A stretch of 64,000 nt of DNA from Paenalcaligenes sp. (GTDB taxonomy: Bacteria > Pseudomonadota > Gammaproteobacteria > Burkholderiales > Burkholderiaceae_B). The number at the start of each line of letters is the position of its first letter. Position 1 is the stretch's first letter. The position numbers and the translations under genes were made by a program. The notes under the pieces were generated by a model that worked only from the letters and a program-made list of their open reading frames with translations, did not search any database and was not told where the DNA came from. The DNA is taken from NCBI GenBank assembly GCA_052103955.1, contig JBQELO010000009.1:24364-88363 (forward strand). The letters are read 5' to 3'. Positions 10,320 through 18,918 of this stretch are shown piece after piece.

Positions 10320-10862
10320 TTAGTCCTTTTTAGTGGGAGTAAGAGAAATTCTATGAAAGATCGCATCACGATCCATAAATTGGTGTTTAAGCGCGGCTAG
10401 AATATGCCCAGCTAGCACAGCGATAAACAACCAGTTCAGCCAACCATGTACAACGACAAGCTGCTCGCCAAGTGGGAGGTCTTTTTGAATCAGATCTGGC
10501 AAAGGCAACACACCAAACCAAACGGTTTGAAAGCCTTTGGCTGAACTCATTAACCAGCCTGACAGCGGGATGCAGAGCATCAGCACATACAATAGCCAGT
10601 GCCCCAGATGAGCCATCATTTTAGAGGTAGGCCCCATGTGGGAGGGGTAACGAGGTTTTGCTGAAAGAAAGCGTACGCTTAAGCGAAGCACTACCAGTAC
10701 CATTAATGTGATACCGATCCACTTGTGCCAGGAGTACAGTTGCAGCTTGGCCGGGGAAAACGGTAATGCCTTCATGTACAAGCCCAGTGCCAGCATGCCT
10801 ATCAGCAGTACAGCCATGAGCCAATGCAATAGTCGCAACGACCACGCATAGCGTTGAACCAT
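10320..10862 (-). CDS. cytochrome b561 family protein
   Basis: Four TM helices with conserved His residues (LRLLHWLMA, SWHKWIG, HLGHWLLY, AGHILAALKH). It is the first gene of the b561-yceI-yceI operon. Confidence 0.85.
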   Translation of the reverse strand: MVQRYAWSLRLLHWLMAVLLIGMLALGLYMKALPFSPAKLQLYSWHKWIGITLMVLVVLRLSVRFLSAKPRYPSHMGPTSKMMAHLGHWLLYVLMLCIPLSGWLMSSAKGFQTVWFGVLPLPDLIQKDLPLGEQLVVVHGWLNWLFIAVLAGHILAALKHQFMDRDAIFHRISLTPTKKD

Positions 10863-10959
10863 GTAAACCTCGTAAAATTTAGTGAAACATCTACTTTAGC
10901 CTGTTTGATTGATGTAAAACAGTTTAGTTCCACAATTATCAATTGCATTTATTACAACA

Positions 10960-11859
10960 ATGAGCCGACTGGACTTTATTACTCTCTTTATACAGGTCGC
11001 TGAACAAGGCAGTTTTGCTGCAGTGGCAGAGCAGCTAGGGGTAGACCGTTCAGTGGTAACGCGCCAGATTGCGGCGTTAGAAAAGCAATTAGGGGTGCAA
11101 TTAATTATTCGCAGCACGCGTAAACAAGCGTTGACCTCGGCCGGTAGACTGTATTTAGAGCGCGCAAAAGCCATCGTGGATTTGGTGGAAAGCGCCGAAA
11201 GTGAAATACAAGAAGAGCGCCTACTACCCAAAGGGATGATACGCATTAGTTTGCCGCTGAGCTTTGGGGTCAGGCATTTAGCACCGGTACTGGCGCGTTT
11301 TGTCGCGCAATACCCCGAGGTGAACTTGCATTTAGAGTATGACGATAATTTGGTGAATACCAGCGAGCAAGGCTTGGATCTTGCCATTCGCGTTACACAA
11401 GAGCCCGCACCTAATGACATCGTAAGACGCCTAGGTGAATGTAGATTAATGATGGTGGGCTCAGCCAACTATCTAAAACAGTATGGCATCCCCAAACATC
11501 CAGCAGAATTAAGTGAGCACATCTGTTTGCAGTACCGGCAAAATAGCAGATGGCTATTTGAGGTAGATGGTAAGACCATCAGTATTAATACCTCGGGGCG
11601 TGTGCAGGCAAATAATGGTGATGCTTTGGCGCAAGCGGCTGTTCATGGCTTGGGTTTAACCATGTTGCCCGATTTCATCGCTTGGGAATACTTAGAAAAT
11701 GGCACGCTGCTTCCCGTCTTAGATGACTACTGCCAAAGCAACTTAGGTATTTACGCTGTATTACCTACTAATCACTATATTCCGTTGCGTGTACGTATTT
11801 TGCTGGAATATCTGATTGAGAATCTGCCTGCCGCTTTTCAGCGTAAAAGCGTACTGTAA
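10960..11859 (+). CDS. LysR-family transcriptional regulator
   Basis: N-terminal wHTH (FIQVAEQGSFAAVAEQLGVDRSVVTRQIAALEKQLGVQLI) and a LysR substrate domain. It is divergent from the b561-yceI operon. Confidence 0.85.
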   Translation: MSRLDFITLFIQVAEQGSFAAVAEQLGVDRSVVTRQIAALEKQLGVQLIIRSTRKQALTSAGRLYLERAKAIVDLVESAESEIQEERLLPKGMIRISLPLSFGVRHLAPVLARFVAQYPEVNLHLEYDDNLVNTSEQGLDLAIRVTQEPAPNDIVRRLGECRLMMVGSANYLKQYGIPKHPAELSEHICLQYRQNSRWLFEVDGKTISINTSGRVQANNGDALAQAAVHGLGLTMLPDFIAWEYLENGTLLPVLDDYCQSNLGIYAVLPTNHYIPLRVRILLEYLIENLPAAFQRKSVL

Positions 11860-12211
11860 AGAAATAGGGTGGAGCGGGGCGGCTACAGAACGATTACCTG
11901 GCCGTGAGCCATCTGAACTGTTGTCGTTCTGGTTGATTGCAGCACCAACGACCAAGAGCAGGGTTCTGCCGTAGCAGAAGAGGAGAGCGCTTCGGTCATC
12001 TACGTAGTAGTGGCCACCCAGAGGCAGCGTTTTCTTTTCGCCTTCTGTTATAGGTTTCCAATGTACCCAGACAGTTACTCGTGGATTTTGCAGTTCCAAA
12101 TAATGCAACTAACGGAAGTGTTACGGAATACCAAAAAGAAAAGTTAGCAGAAAGAAGAGGGCATATAGAGCAGGACTTATTCTTTCTGTTAATCATAGTT
12201 GGCGCGGGTGC

Positions 12212-12994
12212 TTATTTTTTAGGCGTATAAGGCAACCCTTTTTTAGGAAAATAAATACCGTGTTGGTTCATGTCCATCACCATGACGCCAGTGGTGGAGT
12301 CAAAACAGCTGGTGGGTTGCCATTGACTGGGGGTAAACCACACATATGGCGGTTCCAGACGTTTTTTCTCTAGTATCCTGCGATCAGGAAATGGGTACAT
12401 CAAGATGTACCCAACGGGACAATGCCTAGACAGCTCTGCGGTGTCCAATTGATATTCTTGTGCCAGTTCAAGAGTAAGGCTAGAACCTTCTACAGACATG
12501 GCATAGGCGAGTACGCCTGCTACAGGTGTAGGTTCAATAAAGCGTACAGCTTCTAAATCTAGCAAAGGATCTTGCTGTGGACGATCTTTAAAGCGCCAGG
12601 GATCGCCTCTATTAATCAGCGTGCCTGCCACCAACTGCATTTCGCCAAATTGCGTCGTTTGCTCTAACGGCCCATAACGACGCACATTTTCAGCGACACG
12701 TGCTTTATCGGTTTGGTAGCCTGAGTACCATATGGACAGAGTTCCTACGCCAAACCAAATGGGATAGATAGAGATCAGTGCAGTAACTACACGTGCCCAA
12801 GTTGCTAAAGGTTTGCGAGGCTTACCTTGTTTAGCGCAGATATAGCGCCACAACCACCAGATTAGAAGGCCTCCACCCAGTATGATGGCCAAGAGCATCA
12901 TCATGTAATAGGCGAGGAAAATACCGCCAGCGGCTGCGGTAATGCCTAATTGTTGGATGCTGTAGATACTGCCGGTTGTAACGTAAGAAATCAT
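12212..12994 (-). CDS. hypothetical membrane protein (about 3 TM helices plus a soluble C-terminal domain)
   Basis: 260-aa ORF with hydrophobic N-terminal segments. No recognisable motif. Confidence 0.55.
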   Translation of the reverse strand: MISYVTTGSIYSIQQLGITAAAGGIFLAYYMMMLLAIILGGGLLIWWLWRYICAKQGKPRKPLATWARVVTALISIYPIWFGVGTLSIWYSGYQTDKARVAENVRRYGPLEQTTQFGEMQLVAGTLINRGDPWRFKDRPQQDPLLDLEAVRFIEPTPVAGVLAYAMSVEGSSLTLELAQEYQLDTAELSRHCPVGYILMYPFPDRRILEKKRLEPPYVWFTPSQWQPTSCFDSTTGVMVMDMNQHGIYFPKKGLPYTPKK

Positions 12995-13140
12995 ACCTAT
13001 AAGAATCCCAAAGTGCTGCTTTGCACGTCAGTGTACTGGCAGCAGTCAGGGAAAGGGGTATTTACATGTTTAGGTTATTCATCGACTTTACATAATATAC
13101 ATTATGCGATGTTTATAATAATCGCCACCAGGCTCATTGA

Positions 13141-13722
13141 TTAGGCAATCTGAACGATTCTGCAACGTTGGCACAATGGATATTCATCTAGGAATGGCTG
13201 TATGCATTCGCGCATTTTCTCGTAACTATTGCCGTACATATAGAACGCTGTTTCTGTCATGCCTTGATAGTGGCTATGGATGGAGCCTTCGTCGCCCAGA
13301 GCTTTATCTACTTCGCTCCACACCACATTCACGTCGCTGTTTTGATAAACCTCATCAGGCAAGTCTGTACCGTTTAGGTATAGCGCCAAGCCTTCTTGAT
13401 GCCCAAAAGGAATCACACGCTCTTCAACGCGTAAGCGAGACCCTTTTGGCGCCAGCGTTTTGCTTAGAAACCCCAGAATATTGTTGATGGCTTCATCGCT
13501 GATGTCGGTAGCGTCGATTTCTATATCGCATTCGGAAATCTCGCCCCCATCGGTAAGAAGCGAGCCGCCACCGCTGACTACGCCTATATCGCAGCGTTTT
13601 AAGACTTTGCTAAGTGCATCCTCAAGATCACCGCGGTGCTGTGGCTGTAGACGTGCATTTAAGGTGACAGTGACAAAGTGAGTAGCTTTGGCTTTTTTCT
13701 TACCGAAAAGCTTTTTGAACAT
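13141..13722 (-). CDS. hypothetical protein, 193 aa
   Basis: Lys-rich N-terminus MFKKLFGKKKAK. No recognisable motif. Coding-like composition. Confidence 0.55.
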   Translation of the reverse strand: MFKKLFGKKKAKATHFVTVTLNARLQPQHRGDLEDALSKVLKRCDIGVVSGGGSLLTDGGEISECDIEIDATDISDEAINNILGFLSKTLAPKGSRLRVEERVIPFGHQEGLALYLNGTDLPDEVYQNSDVNVVWSEVDKALGDEGSIHSHYQGMTETAFYMYGNSYEKMRECIQPFLDEYPLCQRCRIVQIA

Positions 13723-13844
13723 GGGTGTTCCTTAGTAGGTAAATGGCATTACGTAGGCTGAAGTGCTCTAACCGCCGAAATTATAGTTAAAGCAAAGACG
13801 AACGGTGCTAACTATGTGTTTCGGTGTGCAATCGCAATGAAACA

Positions 13845-14315
13845 CTATGGCAGCCTTTTATATTCGTCGCAGCCCGCGTAGTTACCGCCCTCGCACGCCG
13901 CTTTATACAACGCTTTTGCTTTTTCTATGTCTTGCGCAACGCCAGTGCCGTGCTCGTAATATCTACCTAGATTCACTTGAGACACGGCATCGCCTTGTTT
14001 AGCTCCTTCTGTGTACCATTTGGCGGCCTCATTATCATTTTGCTGAACGCCTGTGCCGGTGGCGTACATATAGGCCACTGATCCTGGAGCGGTCCCCTGC
14101 TCTGCTGCTTGTAAATACCACGTAAAAGCGTGTTCTTCGTTGCGCTGAACTTCCTCGCCATACATGTATTTTGTAGCAAGCACGACTTGGGCTATAGCGT
14201 GTCCTGCCTCGGCTTCTGCCTGACAAACGGCCAATGTAGCCTGCGTGTTTGTACAGTCATTAGCCAAGGCGCTAGCGGGTAAAGCCAGCATTACTAAGCC
14301 GCGAAGCAGTTTCAT
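13845..14315 (-). CDS. exported Sel1-repeat (Hcp-like) protein
   Basis: Signal peptide plus three or four Sel1 repeats (AQVVLATKYMYGEEVQRNEEHAFTWYLQAAEQG, AAKWYTEGAKQGDAVSQVNLGRYYEHGTGV). Confidence 0.8.
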   Translation of the reverse strand: MKLLRGLVMLALPASALANDCTNTQATLAVCQAEAEAGHAIAQVVLATKYMYGEEVQRNEEHAFTWYLQAAEQGTAPGSVAYMYATGTGVQQNDNEAAKWYTEGAKQGDAVSQVNLGRYYEHGTGVAQDIEKAKALYKAACEGGNYAGCDEYKRLP

Positions 14316-14361
14316 GTGAGTTCCTTAGTGATTATTCTGGAGACTCACCATAGTAACGCGG

Positions 14362-15702
14362 TCAGGCTGTGACGGCCGGTGCAGCAATGGGAGCACGCGC
14401 GAAAATGGCGTAAACCATTGAAGCCATCACGATGGTAACTGGCGCAGAAAAGCTGCTGTAGGAACCCCCTAGGTGCATAATCGTAATCCCGGCTAAGGCG
14501 GCAATTAACCACGCCATCACAGCCCCTACTCGTAGAAAGGTCACCTGTTCCAGTTGCTGTTGTATGTAGGCTGGTGAGGTGTTCTTGCGCGTTAACGCAA
14601 TGTGTGTCAACGCCAAGGCTACCCACGCGACCACAAAGATGCCCTGATAAGCCAAAGCTTGTAGCAGGTAGCTAAATACATCAGCGAGCATTAATACATA
14701 CACTACTGCAGCCACTACTACAGCCCACAACAGATAATGCCCTCGTACGCCAATGAGCTGAGTCATGCATGCCTGCATATTGGTAGCGGCTAAATAGAAA
14801 TTAGCGGTATTAATACGTGTTTGGGTGGCCCATACAAAGAACAGTCCAAACACGCCCATCATTTTTAGTAGTGCCAGCAAAACCGATACTTCGCTTAGTG
14901 CGCCATCCATAGGCACACTGGCTACTAAAAAGATACCTGCTAAGCCGCTCAAGAAAAAAGCAACGAAGTAAAACGGCATACCAAAGTTCACACGGGCATG
15001 GAAGCGACTGTCTTCTTTTCTGCCATAACGCGCATAGTCAAAGGTATACATCATCAACACCCAAATACCCATGTAATAGACAAAGGTGTGCCACCATCCA
15101 TAGGGGTTGGGTTCTTTAGGGCCTAAGGTTAACCACTGCTCGTTATAACCATACAAGCTGATGGCCAAGACAATAGCAGCGACTAAACCAATAATGTAGA
15201 TGGGTAATAAGATGGCGTTTAGCCTATCTAGCCAACGCATGGCATTGCCGAACATCAATGGCACACTGAGTAAGACGACAATGAAGGCGGCTAAGGGGTA
15301 ACTAATACTGGGAAAGACTGTATTAATGCCTACTGCAATGACTGAGCCTTCGAAAATAGCGTAATACATTGCCGTGGCAAAAAAGATCAAGGTGGCGATC
15401 ACAGACCCAGTTCTACCCAGCAGTATCTGTGAAAATAAGGCTACCGATAAGCCAGTTTTAATGGCGTAACGAGCAATGACAGCATTAATCAAGCCATACA
15501 CCACAACCGACATCGCCATACCAATAATGGCGTTGATGGCACCAAAGCTTAACGCTAGGCTTGCGGCAACCACTAAATAAAACATGGCACTACAGACGCC
15601 CCACCACGCCATCATTAAGTTGTTTCTTGATAATCGAGCGCTCTCGGGGACGAGCATTTCTGCCATGGACGGTGAATTCGATCCAGTTTGTTGCGTCATC
15701 AT
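14362..15702 (-). CDS. NCS1-type (purine/cytosine/allantoin family) permease
   Basis: 446 aa with about 12 TM helices and an overall NCS1-like pattern. The substrate cannot be inferred. Confidence 0.65.
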   Translation of the reverse strand: MMTQQTGSNSPSMAEMLVPESARLSRNNLMMAWWGVCSAMFYLVVAASLALSFGAINAIIGMAMSVVVYGLINAVIARYAIKTGLSVALFSQILLGRTGSVIATLIFFATAMYYAIFEGSVIAVGINTVFPSISYPLAAFIVVLLSVPLMFGNAMRWLDRLNAILLPIYIIGLVAAIVLAISLYGYNEQWLTLGPKEPNPYGWWHTFVYYMGIWVLMMYTFDYARYGRKEDSRFHARVNFGMPFYFVAFFLSGLAGIFLVASVPMDGALSEVSVLLALLKMMGVFGLFFVWATQTRINTANFYLAATNMQACMTQLIGVRGHYLLWAVVVAAVVYVLMLADVFSYLLQALAYQGIFVVAWVALALTHIALTRKNTSPAYIQQQLEQVTFLRVGAVMAWLIAALAGITIMHLGGSYSSFSAPVTIVMASMVYAIFARAPIAAPAVTA

Positions 15703-16197
15703 TGTCTCCTTGGTCTTTTTGTAAACACAGTAGGCCCTGAATGGGCGATGCGTAATGCAAGAACTTCCATGCTGCTAACGGACGGGTACTGATTTTCTGC
15801 AGGCTGTGAGGGCGAGGGATAGACAGAGGCTTATAGGCGCTTCTTAGGGGGATGTTTTTGTCTCTGCAACGGTTGTACTTATAAATTTCCCTCATTCTAG
15901 AGAGACCATGGAATGCCCTACAAGCGTGGGCTTTTCAGCTAGCGCACAAAAGCTTTCAAGCATGCGCAATACTAGGGAAATCAAGTAGTTAAAAGGCTAA
16001 TTTCTGCTGTCTGTAGGCATCTTCTGCACTCAAGAATTCGAGTTTATGTGCGGAAGTTTGTTGGCCTTAGCCTGTGTCTTGTGTTGTTGATGTAGTGTCA
16101 ATAACGTGCGATTACCTACGCTAATTCCCTGCGATCAGTCAGCTAAAGGTAAACTGTAGATATCTTTTTATTTTGCAGTTCTTTTGATCCGGCTTTT

Positions 16198-17586
16198 ATG
16201 TCCACTACCTCTTTTAATACGCTCCCTTTGTTGCCTGTTTTGCTTGAAACCCTGCAAGGTTTGGGTTTTGAAAACATGACTGCTATTCAGGAGCAAAGTC
16301 TGCCTTTGATTCTGGACGGTAAGGACTTAATCGCCCAAGCTAAAACCGGTAGCGGGAAAACCGCCGCCTTTGGTTTGGGGCTGCTGCAAACACTAGACCC
16401 CAACAAGCTGGAGCCACAAGCCTTGGTGGTGTGCCCTACTCGTGAATTAGCGGATCAAGTAACCACCGAGTTGCGTCGTTTAGCGCGCCAAATTCCTAAC
16501 GTACGTATGCTGACGTTATGTGGCGGCGTGCCTTCACGCCCGCAAACAGAGGCACTGCGTAACGGTGCACACGTAGTAGTGGGCACGCCTGGCCGTATTC
16601 AGGACCACCTAGATAGAGGCAATCTGGATTTATCGGCGTTAAAAACGTTGGTGATGGACGAAGCTGACCGCATGGTAGACATGGGCTTTAAAGATGACAT
16701 GATCGCTATTGCGTCGCACTGCCCTACCCGTCGCCAAACGCTGCTGTTTTCAGCTACTTACCCAGAGAATATTCGCAAGATCAGTGCTCGCTTCTTAAAG
16801 AACCCCGTTGAGGTCAAGGTTGAGGCACTGCATAACGCCAAACAGATAGAACAAATTTTCTACGAAGTCAGCTTTGAGCAACGTTTAGGGGCCGTGGTTT
16901 CCTTGTTGAAACACTACCGCCCTACTTCCACTCTGATTTTCTGTAATACCAAAATACGTTGCCAAGAAGTGGTAGAAGAACTGCGCTCTGAAGGTATTAG
17001 TGCAGAATCCTTAACAGGCGACTTAGAACAGCGCGATAGAGACGAAATTCTGATTCAGTTTGCGAACAAAAGCTGCGCAGTATTAGTGGCTACTGATGTG
17101 GCCTCACGCGGTCTGGATATTCAAAATCTAGAAGTAGTGATCAACGTAGATGTCACCAAAGATGCCGAAGTACACGTACACCGTATAGGCCGTAGCGGTC
17201 GAGGCGACCAAAAAGGTTTGGCCTTGAACTTGGTGTCGGGTAGTGAAATGCGTTGGGTGAAACTCATCGAAGAATACCAAGGCAGCCCTGTGAAATGGGG
17301 GCATTTAAAAGGCTTACGCGCTAAATCCCAAGAGCCTTTGCTAGCGCCAATGATGACCTTGCAAATTCAAGGCGGTAAAAAAGATAAACTACGCCCAGGC
17401 GATTTGTTAGGCGCTTTGACTCGTGATGTGGGCTTAACGGGTGATCAAGTAGGTAAAATTGCGATTACCGAGTTCAACAGCTACGTCGCCTTAGATCGTA
17501 GTGTCGCTCGTCGCTACTTCGATAAAATTGCCAACAGCAATATTAAAGGTAGACGCTTCCGCATGCGTTTTTTGGAAGACAGATAA
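16198..17586 (+). CDS. dbpA: ATP-dependent RNA helicase DbpA
   Basis: DEAD-box motifs (AKTGSGKT, PTRELA, DEAD, SAT, HRIGRSGR) plus the DbpA-type C-terminal RNA-binding domain (LRPGDLLGAL...KIAITEFNSYVAL). Confidence 0.9.
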   Translation: MSTTSFNTLPLLPVLLETLQGLGFENMTAIQEQSLPLILDGKDLIAQAKTGSGKTAAFGLGLLQTLDPNKLEPQALVVCPTRELADQVTTELRRLARQIPNVRMLTLCGGVPSRPQTEALRNGAHVVVGTPGRIQDHLDRGNLDLSALKTLVMDEADRMVDMGFKDDMIAIASHCPTRRQTLLFSATYPENIRKISARFLKNPVEVKVEALHNAKQIEQIFYEVSFEQRLGAVVSLLKHYRPTSTLIFCNTKIRCQEVVEELRSEGISAESLTGDLEQRDRDEILIQFANKSCAVLVATDVASRGLDIQNLEVVINVDVTKDAEVHVHRIGRSGRGDQKGLALNLVSGSEMRWVKLIEEYQGSPVKWGHLKGLRAKSQEPLLAPMMTLQIQGGKKDKLRPGDLLGALTRDVGLTGDQVGKIAITEFNSYVALDRSVARRYFDKIANSNIKGRRFRMRFLEDR

Positions 17587-17614
17587 AGCGCCTATTTGTT
17601 ACTGGCGATAGACA

Positions 17615-17642
17615 AAAGAGCCCCATATAGGGGCTCTTTTTT
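17615..17642 (+). terminator. rho-independent terminator of dbpA
   Basis: AAAGAGCCCC-ATATA-GGGGCTCTTT followed by TTT. Confidence 0.85.
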
Positions 17643-17674
17643 ATCCGTGGTGACACGTAGAACAAGAAGAACAC

Positions 17675-17854
17675 TCACAGAATTGTTCTATTGCCATTTC
17701 TATCCAGCTCAAACACTTTGAACGCTTGAAGGTACTGGCGCAGCCATGCAGAAGCCTTACCGAATTGCGCGTGTTGCGACCAAAGCAGATCCACGCCCAC
17801 CACCCAATCGGTATGTGGGTAGGCTTGTAGTGGTAGCTCCACTAATTCGCCAGA
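17675..17854 (-). pseudogene. C-terminal remnant (about 59 codons) of a LysR-type regulator
   Basis: SGELVELPLQAYPHTDWVVGVDLLWSQHAQFGKASAWLRQYL follows the same C-terminal pattern as the intact LysR at 10960 (GTLLPVLDDY...IYAVLP...RVRILLEYL). There is no HTH and no N-terminal 240 aa. Confidence 0.45.
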
Positions 17855-18182
17855 GGGCGATCCTACGCAACATGCAGAATTACGCGCAGCCGCCGAAGCG
17901 GCCAAGTTGTTAACGCCTGAAGAGCTGGCGTTGTGCACGCTTTACACCAGTGCAGAGCCGTGTTGCATGTGTTCTGGTGCTATTTACTGGTGTGGTATTG
18001 GTCGTGTGGTGTATGCGCTTGCTGAAGAGAAACTCTTGGAACTAACGGGGGATCATCCAGAGAACCCTACTTTCTCACTTCCGTGCAGAGAAGTTTTTGC
18101 TCGTGGGCAGCGTAAAGTCACCGTAATAGGCCTGTTGATTGAAGAGGAGGCTTCTAAACCGCACCATGGGTTTTGGACGTAA
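17823..18182 (+). pseudogene. 5'-truncated CDA-fold nucleoside/guanine deaminase
   Basis: The frame is open from 17823 and reads GDPTQHAELRAA...YTSAEPCCMCSGAIYW, which includes the zinc motifs HAE and PCxxC. About 50 N-terminal codons are missing. A TAG stop sits at 17820 and there is no ATG or GTG before the TTG at 17907, which lies downstream of HAE. Confidence 0.65.
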
Positions 18183-18247
18183 GTCATATGCGGGGGGGCT
18201 TAAACACCTGAATTAGCACAGCATGCTATGGTGTAGTCTGCTTGAGT

Positions 18248-18285
18248 AAGTCGGGCGGCTCTGTATAGAGTTAGCCCGACTTTTA
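18248..18285 (+). terminator. terminator-like hairpin abutting the ytoQ ribosome-binding site
   Basis: AAGTCGGGC (18248-18256) pairs with GCCCGACTT (18274-18282). There is an inner CTCT/AGAG pairing and the hairpin is followed by TTTTATTA. Confidence 0.5.
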
Positions 18286-18299
18286 TTATGGAGACTTAC

Positions 18300-18740
18300 A
18301 TGAGCTTTACCGTCTATTTGTCTGGCGAAATTCACACGGATTGGCGTGAGCAAATCGCTAATGGTGCACGAGCAGCTGGCTTGGACATTCTTTTTACCGC
18401 ACCCGTAACCGATCACGATGCTAGCGATGCTGCTGGCGACCATTTGGGTCCAGAAAGTGACTCTTTCTGGCGTGATCACAAATCCTCCAAAGTTAATGCA
18501 ATTCGTACGCGTACGCTGATCGAGAAAGCAGATTTGGTGGTGGTACGCTTTGGTGATAAATACAAGCAATGGAACGCGGCATTTGATGCAGGTTTCTGTG
18601 CGGCCTTAGGCAAGCCCTACATTACTCTGCACGCGGAAGATATTATTCATCCGCTTAAGGAGGTAGATGCTACGGCCCAAGCCTGGGCAACGACGCCCGA
18701 TCAAGTCGTGGAAATACTGCGTTATACGCTTAATGCCTAA
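18300..18740 (+). CDS. ytoQ: YtoQ-family protein (nucleoside 2-deoxyribosyltransferase-like fold)
   Basis: MSFTVYLSGEIHTDWRE matches the remembered YtoQ N-terminus. A GGAGA RBS lies 5 nt before ATG 18300, preferred over the tracked ATG at 18288. Confidence 0.75.
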   Translation: MSFTVYLSGEIHTDWREQIANGARAAGLDILFTAPVTDHDASDAAGDHLGPESDSFWRDHKSSKVNAIRTRTLIEKADLVVVRFGDKYKQWNAAFDAGFCAALGKPYITLHAEDIIHPLKEVDATAQAWATTPDQVVEILRYTLNA

Positions 18741-18744
18741 GCAA

Positions 18745-18776
18745 AAAAGCCGCCACTATTAGGCGGCTTTTTTGGG
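18745..18776 (+). terminator. rho-independent terminator of ytoQ
   Basis: AAGCCGCC-loop-GGCGGCTT followed by TTTTG. Confidence 0.85.
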
Positions 18777-18918
18777 TGTGATCAAGGTTCTTAGCAGCCC
18801 GCTACCCTACGCACATCGTTGTGTTTATCGCATGACAATTGTTTACGATAAACAAAGCTAGATCCCTATTGATATACACGCTCTGTAGTATAGTTTTGCA
18901 TCACTTTGGGAGAAGTAC

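Noticed and set aside
15703-15960. Possible riboswitch (TPP, purine, guanidine) in the NCS1 permease leader
   Set aside because: None of the conserved cores I know is present (CUGAGA...ACCUGAUCUGGAUAAUGCCAGCG, the purine UAUA...CCGUAAA pattern, or the ykkC UAGGGUUCCGG...GGGA pattern). I keep it only as a low-interest item for an Infernal scan.
17675-17938. 87-aa minus-strand ORF taken at face value as an intact small gene
   Set aside because: Its first ~28 codons are the antisense of the deaminase HAE-motif region. Only the C-terminal ~59 codons look like a LysR tail, so I treat it as a remnant.
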